The notes under the pieces are model-generated. The model had not been told where the DNA came from, searched no databases, and was given only the letters and a program-made list of their open reading frames with translations. A program made the position numbers and the translations under genes. A DNA stretch of 64,000 bases from the human T2T-CHM13v2.0 reference genome, Homo sapiens. Where the stretch lies: assembly GCF_009914755.1 (NCBI RefSeq), contig NC_060937.1. One strand, given 5' to 3'. Positions 48,362 through 64,000 of the stretch are shown here, in pieces; within the stretch, counting starts at the first letter, position 1; every line of letters starts with the position of its first letter.

Positions 48362-49434
48362 TGTTGAGGGAAGTCAGGGACCCCGAATGGAGGGATCAGC
48401 TGAAGCCATGGCAGAAGAACATAAATTGTGAAGATTTCATGGACATTTATTAGTTCCCCAAATTAATACTTTTATAATTTCTTACGCCTGTATTTACTGC
48501 GATCTCCAAACATAAATTGTGAAGATTTCATAGACACTTATCACTTCCCCAATCAATACCCTTGTGATTTCCTGTGCCTGTCTTTAATCTCTTAATCCCA
48601 TCATCTTTGTAAGCTGAGGAGGATGTATGTCGCCTCAGGACCCTGTGATGATTGGGTTAACCGCACAAATTGTTTGTAGAGCATGTCTGTTTGAACAATA
48701 TGAAATCTGGGCACCTTGATAAAACAGGATAACAGCAATGTTCAGGGAACAAGAGAGATAACCTTAAACTCTGACTGCCAGTGAGCTGGGCAGAACAGAG
48801 CCATATTTCTCTTCTTTCAAAAGCAAATGGGAGAAACATCACTGAATTCTTTTTCTCAGCAAGGAACATCCCTGAGAAAGAGAATGCATCCCTGAGGGTA
48901 GGCCTCTGAAATGGCTGCTTTGGGGGCGGCTGTCTTTTACGGTCAAAGCTGTGGGATGAAATAAGCCCCAGTCTCCCATAGAGCTCCCAGGCTTATTAGG
49001 ATGAGGAAATTCTCACCTAATAAATTTTGGTCAGACCGGTTGTCTGCTTCAAACCCTGTCTCCTGATAAGATGTTATCAATGACAGTGCGTGCCCGAAAC
49101 TTCATTAGCAATTTTAATTTCGCCCCAGTCCTGTGGTCCTGTGATCTTGCCCTGCCTCCATTTGCCTTGTGATATCTTATTACCTTGTGAAGCGTGTGAT
49201 CTCTGTGACCCACACCCTATTTGTACGCTCCCTCCCCTTTTGAAAATCACTAACAAAAACTTGGCTGGTTTTGCGGCTTGGGGGCATCACAGAACCTGCG
49301 GACATGTCTCCCCCAGACACCCAGCTTTAAAATTTCTCTCTTTTGTACTCTGTCCTTTTATTTCTCAGACCGGCTGACACTTAAGGAAAATAGAAAAGAA
49401 CCTACGTGACTATCAGGGGCAGGTTCCCCCAGTA
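48362..49434 (+). mobile_element. MER11 (probably MER11C; HERV-K11/HML-8) solo LTR, sense to FNDC3A, inserted in an older L1
   Basis: tgttgagggaagtcagggaccccgaa...ggggcaggttccccc; internal duplicated cataaattgtgaagatttcat block; ~1.07 kb. Confidence 0.88.
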
Positions 49435-50330
49435 TCTTTTATTTCTTTTTCTTGCTCAGTTGCCCTGGGTAGAACTTCCAGCACTGTGTTGAATAGAAAT
49501 AGCAAAAGTGAGCATCCTTGCCCTTTCCTGATCTTAAAGGAAAAGCTTTCAGTCTTCCACCATTGAGTGTGATCTTTCCTGTAGGTTTTTCATATATAGC
49601 CTTTATTATGTTGAGGTATATTTCTTCTAGTATTAGTTTATTGAGTTTATTTTTATTATGAAAGGGTGTTAAATTTGTCAAATGCTTTTTCTACAGCAAT
49701 TGAGAATGATCATGTGGTACCTTTAACTTTTAAAAATAATTTTTGAAGGATAATATACATAAAGAAGTGCATATATAATCAGTATACAGCTTAGTAAATA
49801 ACTTAATGGTAATCATCACATAATAGCCCCCCAGGTCAAGACATAGAACAGTACCCTAACCCCAGGAACTGCCTTCATGCTTTGCCCATGTTTCCATCCT
49901 TTCTTCCTTGTCAAAGGGAACCACTGTCCTGACTCTTAACACCATAAATTGGTTTTATCTGTTTTTGAACCTCCTGCAAATAAAATTATGTAGCCTGTAT
50001 TCTTTTGTGTGTTTTTCATGCATGTTGTGTTTGTAAGATTTATCCATGTTGTTTTCTGTATCACTAGTTCATTAATTTTCATTGCTGCATATAGTCCATT
50101 GAATGAAACAGCCACAGTTTATTTACAAAGGACATTTAGGGCCATTAACAAGTAATGGCTTCTATGAGCCGTCTTGTATCTACCAGGAATCTAATAGCTG
50201 GATCATAACTGGGTCCTAGAGGATGCATATATTCAACCTTGGTAGATAATGTCAAACTTTTCCTAAGTGATTTACGAATTTTCATTTCTGTTCCATATGA
50301 GTTTGCCTCCATAACTTCATTACCACTTGA

Positions 50331-50655
<325 letters not shown>

Positions 50656-53467
50656 ACATTTCTACTTTTGTGGAGAGTATATTCAAGTCTCTTGTTATTT
50701 TTCTATCTTTTTTTAAAAATCAATTTGTAGGAGGCCAGTATATATTCAAAATATATGCTCTTTGTTAGTTGTATATGTTGTAAATACCTTTTCATTTTCT
50801 TAAAGCTTTTTAAAAGAAATTACAATTCTTAATTCTAGTGAAATCCAGTATATTTTTTTGTTTATGTTTTAAGAAATATATTTTATATCCTGTTTAAGAA
50901 ATCTTTCTCTGTCCCAAGGTTATGAAGATATTCTTCTGCATTATCTTTTAGAACCTTTTCTTTGGTTTAACCTTGTATATTCAGATCTGCAACCTCTCTG
51001 ACATTTAAAACAACATTGTTTAATTTGACACTAATTAAAATATTAGACCTACCAAAAAAAAAGTTGCAAGAATAGTACAAAGATGTCCAGGTTTTTTTCA
51101 CCCAGAGTCTGCAACTGTTTATTTAATGTATTTTACAAGCTTCTACATAGAGCACTGATCCAAACATTAATATTTCACATTATTGCTACATAAATAAATG
51201 TTGATATATCAACAGTGATATGCTGGAGCTGTCTTAACTTGTGTACAAAAGTTGGTTGTTAAAATTCAGGAATTTGCAGGTCAATTTTAAATCATTGGTA
51301 GTTTGAAGTGGGCTGTGGCAGGGAAGAATTTACTCCATGGATGTTAATACATGCTGTAAGTTATTTCTATTCTTTTTAAAAATACATCAAATGTTACATT
51401 ATAAAAATTAAAAATAAGTGTATAACTAAAACTAAGAGGGTATTTGAGGTCAGAAGATAAGACTAGAATGTAGAAAGTGAGTAGTAACAAAACTAGAAGT
51501 AATTTATTGAAGGAAGAAGCTGACAGTATTCTCTACACAAGGAAAGAAAGGAATGTCTGGTTTCTAAATGCCAGCATTTGAGTTGCAGGGTAAAAGTTTT
51601 GAATCTGCAAGCTTAAATAAAACCAATTACTTTGCGTGTGATAGATATGGCCATACAATAAACCAATTTATAAATGAAACTTTAGTGTGTTCTAGTTTTA
51701 AAAATACTAAAATTAAAGATAATACCTTAGGCAAATTGACCAATGGGTTGAAAATTTTAAAAAGGTAATACCTTAAGTGGAATGGTAATATTGAAATATA
51801 GCATGTGGCTCTATACCCAGTCTCTAATAGCACTAGTATTGGAATGAACTTGAAGATTCAGAAGAAAATCTGTATTTCTATTTGTAAAATTACCAGTTCA
51901 TCTCCTGAAACCAAACTGTGGTTGTATTTTCATTGTTACATTCTAAAATTTAAATAATAATGGCGGCCTGCAGTTTTAGCTAAACCTAGTACATAGAATA
52001 TTGCAAATAGAATAAAATGACAAAATTTAAATGGCTCAGTGGTTTTTATTTTTTTTAATTTATTAAGAAAATTGAGTTACCTACAAAATCTTGTTAATCC
52101 CAAATTAGCTTCCTGGAAATGTTTCTTACACTAACTCTTGTGATATGCAAGTGGGAGAAATAATACATTTATTCTTTCTCATAATTCTTTGTATATTCCA
52201 CAGAGCAACATTATTTGACAATATTTAAAGTACTTAGTGGTTTTATTGGACTTTAGTATAGCAATACAGGTTATGCCAGAAGTTAGATTTGCATTATTTT
52301 ATATATAAACATTATGTTTAAAGAATATGCATTTTCATGAGATAATTAAATAATATAAAATGGCTCATTTTACATTATTGTGGTATTAACTATGAAATCT
52401 TCAAGTAGATACCAATACTGAATAATTTTTAAAACATCATAGTAGTTGTTATATAGCTACATGAAAAATTATTTTCAATCTAAATCAACTTGTGAGATTC
52501 AGCAGTCAAGATTTTAAATAAATAACATGAATTTAATCTCTTATAAAAGTTAACCCTCTTGACACTACTGAATTGCAGAATGCTGTAAACATTCCAAAAT
52601 GTTTATTTTATTTTTCAATATAGATTCAGTGTATTTATGATTATACTCAATTTGCTTATCTTGAAATGTAATTTGCTGATGTTTTATTGGTTAACATTGT
52701 ATATGATAGACTAATATTGCTTACATCATCTTTTACTTTTCTTTTTGTATGTGATATTGTGTGTACAGTTAAAGATTTGTAAATATATGTTTTTTTGTTG
52801 AAATTATTGATTTATTGTAAATAGGTATCACTTAGAAAAGAGTAATACAATCAAAATAAGTAAGTAATATAAGAGCTTGAAACTTCAAACTTGAAGGTTC
52901 TTACCCTAATCCTGAGCAAATTTTTTTACCATTGTGTTTTGTCTGAGGAATCAGTGAAAAATCATAATTTTTCTTGTGTAGTTCCTAGAGACAGATAGGG
53001 TGATGAGGGGGATTGAGTCTTCATAATTACCTTGTCTGCCCATAGAAAAAAATTAGTGACAGTTGCCTCACTCAATCACTGTATCTTAGTGCCTATCCCA
53101 GTGTTTAGATTAAGTAGTGGTGGTTAAATTAAATAAAATATTATATAGAGATGAAAGGGGTGGAGAGACAGACATAGAATTTAAATAGAGCCTGCTGATA
53201 TTCGCTTTAATATATCATATAAACTTACTGACTACTTTGACAAACAAAGTAATTTGAATTGTAAGAAATGTATTTCCTTAAATGGCTTATTGATTGGAAA
53301 AAAAAGCAGTCAACAGAGTATTCTAGAATTTCCTTTGACAAGAATATCTCTTTAGGTTAAAGAATGAAACATCTTGAATGTACAATGTTTTACTGTATTT
53401 TAAGGATATACTTACAAATGACTATATATGTTTGTTTTTCAGAATTGGAGCGTTATTCAGTATATTA

Positions 53468-53479
53468 ATGTCTTATTGA
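53468..53479 (+). other. Upstream ORF 2 (Met-Ser-Tyr-stop)
   Basis: ATG TCT TAT TGA ending 2 nt before the main ATG. Confidence 0.6.
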
Positions 53480-53481
53480 TA

Positions 53482-53580
53482 ATGGCAGAACATCCACCAC
53501 TACTGGATACAACTCAGATCTTAAGTAGTGATATTTCTCTTTTGTCTGCCCCTATTGTAAGTGCAGATGGAACACAACAG
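53482..53580 (+). CDS. FNDC3A: First coding exon segment of fibronectin type III domain-containing protein 3A (33 codons, phase-0 donor; CDS continues beyond window)
   Basis: Translates to MAEHPPLLDTTQILSSDISLLSAPIVSADGTQQ, recognised as the FNDC3A N-terminus. ATG in strong context (gataATGG); ends CAG|GTAAGA. After splicing to exon 1 the frame has an upstream in-frame TAA at 23413. Confidence 0.95.
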
Positions 53581-54244
53581 GTAAGAAAACTGAAATGTTT
53601 ATTTCTTTATGTCTAATACACATGTATTTATGCAAAATTTAAAACAGATCACAATAGTGAGTTCCTGTTAATTCGTGTTTTAAATTCCCAATTCAAAATG
53701 TTGTTCAGTTTTATAAGATGATAAAAATAATGAGACTGTTTTTGAAGTCTCTTTTAAAATATCTTGCTAATTAATGGTCAAATTTCTTATGTGTATATTT
53801 AGTTGCCATTCAAGTTGTTTTTGTTTTCCTTTAGACAAATAGTGTGCTAGTCCCTGAGTTTAGCCTTGTACCTTAATGATTATTATAAATCATTTCAAAT
53901 CATTATGAAATTATGATTTTTGCCTACATTATATAATAATGAAACGTTGTCTTTTCCCTCCCATTCTCTTCTCCCTTCCAAAAGTAAATACACAATCCCT
54001 GAAAAGCTGATAGATTTTTTTCCCCAGCCCAGGTCTTTATTTAAAATGTTGTGGTTGCACTGATTTCACTATTCCCACAGTAATCCTAAAAAGGGATAGG
54101 AATAATAAGCTTTCACAAGTACTTATTATGGGCCAGGCAATGTGCTTCATTCTCATAACTATCTTATATGGTAGGTATTTTAACAGTAGGTGAGGAAACA
54201 AACACTAAAAACATAATAAATGTTAATGAGGAAGGGAAGGAACA

Positions 54245-54440
54245 GTTTAGGTGCCCATTATGTAATAAACATTGTGCTAAGAGCTTTATGATCTCATTTA
54301 ATTCTTTCAACAATTCTATGAGGTAGGTACACCTGCCCTTATTTTGCAGATGAAGCAAAATGAGTTTCAGAAAGTCTTAAATAACTTGCTCAGCATCACA
54401 CAAAGCTTGTGCTCCTAACTGTTACTCATACTGCCTCCTT
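54245..54440 (-). mobile_element. MIR
   Basis: tctcatttaattctttcaacaattctatgaggtagg...ttttgcagatgaag. Confidence 0.6.
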
Positions 54441-56132
54441 GGAAAACTTAAAAACAAGAAAGTCAGATTTTCTTACTTTATAAACTTAGTATCTATAGTA
54501 GGCAATTATGATTTGCTGACAAGATAAAGGGCTACTATTGAAAAATTAGTAGCAATTGGCTTGGGTTCTAAATTTTTCTGTTCTGTGTAAACATGGCAGA
54601 AAGTGTTGTGTCCTGGTTTTAATTTTTTACGTGCTCTTATCCCAGCAATTTCATTCCACAAACTTGCTTTTCATGGTCAAATTTAAGTCTGTTAAGATTT
54701 TCTACTCACAAAAATAGTAGATGTGGCAGGTATTCATTTACTTTTTGAGGTTGTCCAAGTGTCTTCAGTTATCATTTGTTGCCTCAGGCCAGTCACTAGT
54801 TTCAACTTGTTGATAATCTAATGTATAAAAGAATCTATTAAGCAGTTAATTACAGTACATTGATAGAGTTGCATATTCTGTTAAGGGGAAGACAGCAGGC
54901 TGAAATAACTCCATGATGCCATCTCAAGACTTTTCTCTCCTTCCCCCAGAAGGAAATTGCAGAATTTTCTTGAAATCTTGAAGGCACCATGGCTATCATG
55001 TAACAGTAATGGTGTAGATGGCTATAGAGAAAGGATCTGGGAATAGAAGAACCTACTAGCAAGATTTAAAGGAGCAGGTGGAGTTAGGAGGTCTAGGGAC
55101 AGGTTTTTAGGTAGAGTTTAAAAACAAACAGATTTCAGGAAGTGTAGAGTAAAGCCTTGAATTCTAACTAGCAGGTTGCGTGTAGTTCGGTAGGGAGAGA
55201 GCTAAACACGAGTGGAAGAAAACACTGGACTGGCCTGATAGATCTGGATTTGATTTTGGTTGCCGAAGACAAGTTATTTAACTTCTATGAGTATGTTTGC
55301 TTCTCTAGAAAATGGAGGTAATAATATCTTAAAGTAGTTATAGCTATGTGGGTGAAATGAGCCTGAAGGAACTCAGTAAATGTTTGCCGAATCCTAAGTA
55401 AAGCACTCAATAAATATTTAAAAGACTGAAGAAACTTTAGATATCCCAGTCAGGATTTCAATAAATAGAGATAGTTATAATAAGCAGTGGATCAGAAAAC
55501 GTGGAGATAGTTATGAAGGATGCATATGAAGTGTAAAGAGTGAACCAATAGCTATGATAGAATGTAAGGGACTATATACAAAGCAGATAATAATTAGAGG
55601 TGGGAGCGCAATAAACTTGACAGCAGACATTTCTTTGTCTTAACACAAGAACTTATTGATACGCCAAGTTATAGCTTACCTATGGAGATATGACACAACT
55701 TGGTTGATGCCTGTTTAACCACAGACTAAAAAACTGTTCCTGACAGATGGAAGTGTCGTGCACAAGCATGATGTTAAAAATTCAAGACGACATATTTTGT
55801 CCCTTGTCTTGACTTTTCTTCAGAATATTATGCTATATGAAATGATTTCTCTTCTACTCTTGGGATCAAATTAATTTTCTTATAGTTGGCTATTAAGATT
55901 ATCTGTCTCCTCATTAATATTTTCTGGTTTAGTACAGTAAACATTTCCTACTGTATCATATTACACGCAGTGGGTCTTTGGCTTGTGAATCATAATAGAG
56001 GGAATTGCTCCTGATATCACTGCTAGTGTTGCCTTTAGGGAGGCTGTAATAGTCATTTATTATTCATTTTGACAAGCAGCTTATGAACCTTTTTTTGTGG
56101 TTATGGAATCTGCCTCCCTTTTTCATTATTAA

Positions 56133-56880
56133 AATAGATTTTATTTTTAGAGCAGTTTTAGGCTTATAAGAAAAATTGAGCAGACAGTACAAAGTTCTCA
56201 CATACCACCTCTTCTCCACAGTTTCTTCATTTATTAACATATTAGTGTGATATATTTGTTACAATTAATGAACCAGTATTGATGCGTTATTATTAAGTAA
56301 GGTCCATAGGGTTCACTCTTAGTGTTGTACAACAGTTCTTCAGGTCTTAACAGATGGGTAATGTCATATATCATTACAGTATCATACAGAATAATTTCAC
56401 CGCCCTAAAAATCCCGTGCTTCACCTTTTCATTCTTCCTTTACTCCCCCCAAATCCTTGGCAACCACTGATCTTTTTACTATCTCTCTACTATAGTTTTG
56501 TATTTTTAAGAATGCAATACAGTATGTAGCCCTTTCAGACTGGCTTCTCCCACTTAGCAGTATGGTGTAGGTAATTTCTTTCCACGGCTTAATAGCTCAT
56601 TTCTTTTTCATTATTGAATAATACTTCATTGTATAGATGGACCAGTTTGTTTATTCATTCATCTGTTGAAGGACATCTTGGTCACTTCCAGCTTTAGGCT
56701 GTTATAAATAAAGCTGCTTTAAACATTCATGTGCAGATTTTTGAGTGTACATAAGTTTTAATTCACGTGGATAAATACCTAGGAACATGATTGCTAGATT
56801 GTGCGGTAGGACTGTGTTTAGTTTTGTGAGAAACTACCAAACTGTCTTCTAAGGTGGCTGTACCATTGTACATTCTTTGT
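56133..56880 (-). mobile_element. L1MB/L1MC-type 3' end
   Basis: tagattttatttttagagcagttttagg...ggcaaccactgatcttttt...aaactaccaaactgtcttc. Confidence 0.65.
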
Positions 56881-57274
56881 CACATGATTGACTTGAGATA
56901 TCTTTTCCTGATAGCAGAAGGAAAGCCTGCATGAATGTGTGTGCCCTGTTAGAACCTCCAAACCAGTTTTATAGAACATAAGCTTCAAGCAAAAGTGGAA
57001 TGCTCAGTTCTATTCTCTAGTGCCACCATCTAAAGAAGATTTCAGATGTTTTAGTTTCTTGTGTGGTTTAGCAGTTTACTAATTTGTCTTCTCTTAATTT
57101 CTACTTACTTACCTTCCAAAAGGATTGAATACATTTAAAGTTTCAGTTAAGACCTTTAAAAACTTAGCCTGCCTATTATACAGTCTTTATTAGTACCTTC
57201 TTGATTGCATTAATCTCTTAAAATTATAATTTTTATAACTTCCCGTCTCATTTGTACCCATGGGATTTTAATTT

Positions 57275-57863
57275 ACGGAAGTAACTTAAGAGATGGCACA
57301 AAGAGGCTAATGCCATTGAAAGAAGATTTTTATTACTTAAATTTCCCAAAGAAGGGGACGTATCATGTCATACAGGTAGGGCCAAAGGAGAAGCAGCATG
57401 TTCTGGTCAGGAGGCAGAAGAAGGCATGAGGAGAAAGCCTGGACCAAACCTTTTGTTGGGGTTTTCACAGGAAAGGCAAGGTGAAATAAATAGTGTTGGA
57501 TTGGCTAGTTTTAATAATTCTGACCATCTTTGGGCTGTAAGGGTGATCCCTGGTAGCCTGGTACCTGGCCTGGGATGGCTTAGGGTAGGGTAAATATTGG
57601 CTTGGTGTGTAAAAGTTAGATAAGGTGGTTGGCACTATAGACTTGGGATTGGATGGTTTGCATATAAGAAGTATGCCTCTGGCCAAGCCTTTTGTTATCT
57701 GTAAGAATTGGCTATCCCTACAAGGGGCCATCTCTCCCCAGCAAGTGAGGCCACAGGTGCCAGAACATCAGGAATACAGAAAATAAGAAAATAGGGTTAA
57801 TATAATTGGCCCTGTGATGAATGGATGCCAACGGACAAATAAAGAATCTAAGAAAACACAGAA
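57275..57863 (-). mobile_element. ERVL-class solo LTR (subfamily uncertain)
   Basis: LTR-like composition; ends ggccctgtgatgaatggatgcc...gaatctaagaaaacacagaa. Confidence 0.45.
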
Positions 57864-58358
57864 TGTGCCCTCAGCTTTTTAAAACCTGTTTTAAATCATG
57901 AAGTATAACATATATTTATAGAAAAGTACGTAAAATAAGCATGAAATATAGCATATGATTATAAGGCATAAATCTTGTAACTACAAGCCACACTAAGAGA
58001 TATAATACTGCCAATACCCTAGAAATTGCTTGTATGTTTCTTCCACATCATAACACCCTCTCTCCTTCAAGGTTACCACTATCCTGACTTTTATGATAAT
58101 TGCTTACTGACTTTTCTCTGTAGTTTTATCTATATATACTTCACTATACAACAATACTGTAGTTTTGCCAATTCTTGATATTTACATAAATTAAACTTGG
58201 TTTAACTATTCTTTTGTGACTTGCTGGTCTTATTCAATATTGTTTTAAAGATTCCTCCTTACTGTTGTTGAAATTTGTTCTTTTTAGTTTTCAGTATCAG
58301 ATTCTATTATGTGTGAATATAACTCAATGTATTCATTTATCTGTTCTCTTCTTGATGA

Positions 58359-58901
<543 letters not shown>

Positions 58902-58930
58902 TAGAGTTAGTGTTGTGTTTCTTCTCTCTC

Positions 58931-59105
58931 TACAAAAAAATTTAAAATTTAGCTGAGTGTGGTAGTATATGCCTATAGTCCCAGCTACTCAGGAGGCTGA
59001 GGTGGGAGAATCACTTAAGCCCAGGAGGTCAAGGCTACAGCAAGTCATGATTATGCCACTGTACTCTGGCCAGGGCAACAGAGCAAGACCGTGTCTCAAA
59101 AAAAA
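58931..59105 (+). mobile_element. Alu right monomer (FRAM/AluJ-like)
   Basis: ttagctgagtgtggtagt...gcccaggaggtcaaggctacag...gtctcaaaa. Confidence 0.8.
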
Positions 59106-59424
59106 TGTTTAAGGTATTTATGAACAGGAATTCCCTATACTGAGGCAATGAAAATATTTCTAAAAATATATTCTAAAAACTACACTTTCGCGTTGAACAT
59201 TTTATTCCAAAATCTACTGGAGTTGATTTTTGTGAACTGTATCAAGCATAGGTCCAATTTGACTGTTTTTCCATGTATGTATAACTTAATTATTTCAGCA
59301 CTGTTTATTGAAAAAACTGTTGTTTTCCTGTTGCTCCACAATGATACTTTTGTCATGTATCTATGATACATTGTTACAGATATGATCAAATATCTGTCAC
59401 ATATTTGTAGGGTTATTTATGGAT

Positions 59425-59679
59425 TTTTTTTTTTGAGACGGAGTCTTGCTCTGTCACGCAGGTTGGAGTGCAGTGGCGCGATCTCGGCTTGCTGCAAGCT
59501 CCGCCATGGGTTCATGCCATTCTCCTGCCTCAGCCTCTCAAGTAGCTGGGACTACAGGCGCCTGCCACCATGCCCGGCTAATTTTTTGTATTTTTAGTAG
59601 AGATGGGGTTTCACTGTGTTAGCCAGGATGGTCTTGATCTCCTGACCTCGTGATCTGCCCGCCTCCACCTCCCAAAGTG
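59425..59679 (-). mobile_element. AluY, slightly 5'-truncated
   Basis: gcaagctccgcc and ttagccaggatgg diagnostics; TSD tatttatggattttt. Confidence 0.88.
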
Positions 59680-60105
59680 TATTTATGGATTTTTAATTCT
59701 CTTTCATTGATCTGTTTTATTATCCCTGTGCCAAGAATACACCAAGTCTTGGTATCTGGTAAGCAAACCATCCCACCTTATTCTTTGAGAAGGTCTTGGT
59801 ATTCTTGGGCCTTTACATTTACATATAAATTTTAGAATTAGCTTATCAATACACACACACACATGCACACACACACAACACCTGCTGAGTTTGATTTAGA
59901 TTGCCTTGAATCTATAGATTGATTGAGGGAAGAATTGGTGGCATCTTTACAATATTGAATTTTTCAATTGTTGAAGTTGGTGTATTCATGCATTTATGTA
60001 GGTTTTTAATGTCACAGTGAAGTTTTATAATTTTTCCCATAAAGGTCTTGATTATCTTTTGTTAAATTTATTCCTGGGCACTTGGGTTTTTATATGCAAT
60101 TATAA

Positions 60106-60106
<1 letters not shown>

Positions 60107-60145
<39 letters not shown>
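60107..60145 (+). repeat. (TG)n microsatellite
   Basis: ~19 uninterrupted TG units. Confidence 0.95.
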
Positions 60146-60147
<2 letters not shown>

Positions 60148-60338
60148 CATTTTCTGTTCCTGGTGAGTTAGAAATACAGTTTATTTTTGTATATTGCTTC
60201 AATATCCAGCAACCTTGCTATACTCTTACTCATTTTGAGACTTGTTCTTAGTCTCAAAGAGAGTATTTTCAGCATATTATTAAGCATGATGTTTATTATA
60301 CATTTTTATGTATATTCTTTCTAAGATCTAAAAGGGTA

Positions 60339-60620
60339 AGCCAGGTGCAGTGGCTGACGCCAGTAATCCCAGCATTTTGGGAGGCTGAGGCAGGCAGATT
60401 GCTTGAACACAGGAGTTGGAGACCAGCCTGTGCAACATATAGTAAGACTTCATATATACTAAAAATAAAATTAGCCAGGTGTGGTGGCACACACCTGTAG
60501 TACCAGCTACTCAGGAGGCTGAGATGGGAGGATCACTTGAGCCTGGGGGGTTGAGTCTGCAATAAGCTGTGATTATGCAACTGTGTTCCAGTCTGGGCAA
60601 CAGAGTGAGACCCAGTCTCA
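60339..60620 (+). mobile_element. AluJ
   Basis: Diverged full Alu with the tail lost. Confidence 0.85.
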
Positions 60621-60687
60621 TATTTTCAACATTTCTAAGATAATGATATATTTTTCCTTCAAATTTTGATGTCATAATTTACATTAA

Positions 60688-64000
<3,313 letters not shown>

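Larger units (their letters stand above)
47293..49720 (-). mobile_element. Old L1M ORF2 fragment interrupted by MER11
   Basis: ttctgatgcacaaaagttt, atgccagtaccacactgttttg, gaacttccagcactgtgttgaatag. Confidence 0.7.
53443..53580 (+). other. FNDC3A: FNDC3A exon 2 (39 nt 5'UTR + 99 nt CDS)
   Basis: Acceptor tttgtttttcAG| at 53441-53442, branch-like atgac at ~53418-53422, donor GTAAGA at 53581. Confidence 0.9.

Overview
Primate (human-like) genomic DNA covering about 23 kb of upstream intergenic sequence, the CpG-island promoter, non-coding exon 1, the ~30 kb intron 1 and the first coding exon (MAEHPPLLDTTQILSSDISLLSAPIVSADGTQQ) of FNDC3A on the + strand. The rest is dominated by transposable elements: ~26 Alus, old and young L1s, L2/MIR, several solo LTRs, a two-LTR MaLR provirus, and Tigger/Charlie/mariner MITEs. 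Nearly all ORFs in the supplied track are Alu, L1 or low-complexity artefacts. Main observations: (1) three short, near-identical, non-TE local duplications 4.5-9.5 kb upstream of the promoter (a 144-bp inverted repeat nested inside a 37-bp inverted repeat, plus a 36-bp copy that appears to overwrite part of a MER31 LTR); (2) a U6/L1 chimeric retrocopy whose L1 part is an internal ORF2 fragment with no poly(A); (3) a two-uORF 5' leader whose second uORF ends in TGA-TAA overlapping the main ATG; (4) an internally expanded MADE1 hairpin; (5) a palindromic higher-order VNTR grown from an L1PA 3'UTR. Repeat subfamily names come from recalled consensus sequences, not from a database search.
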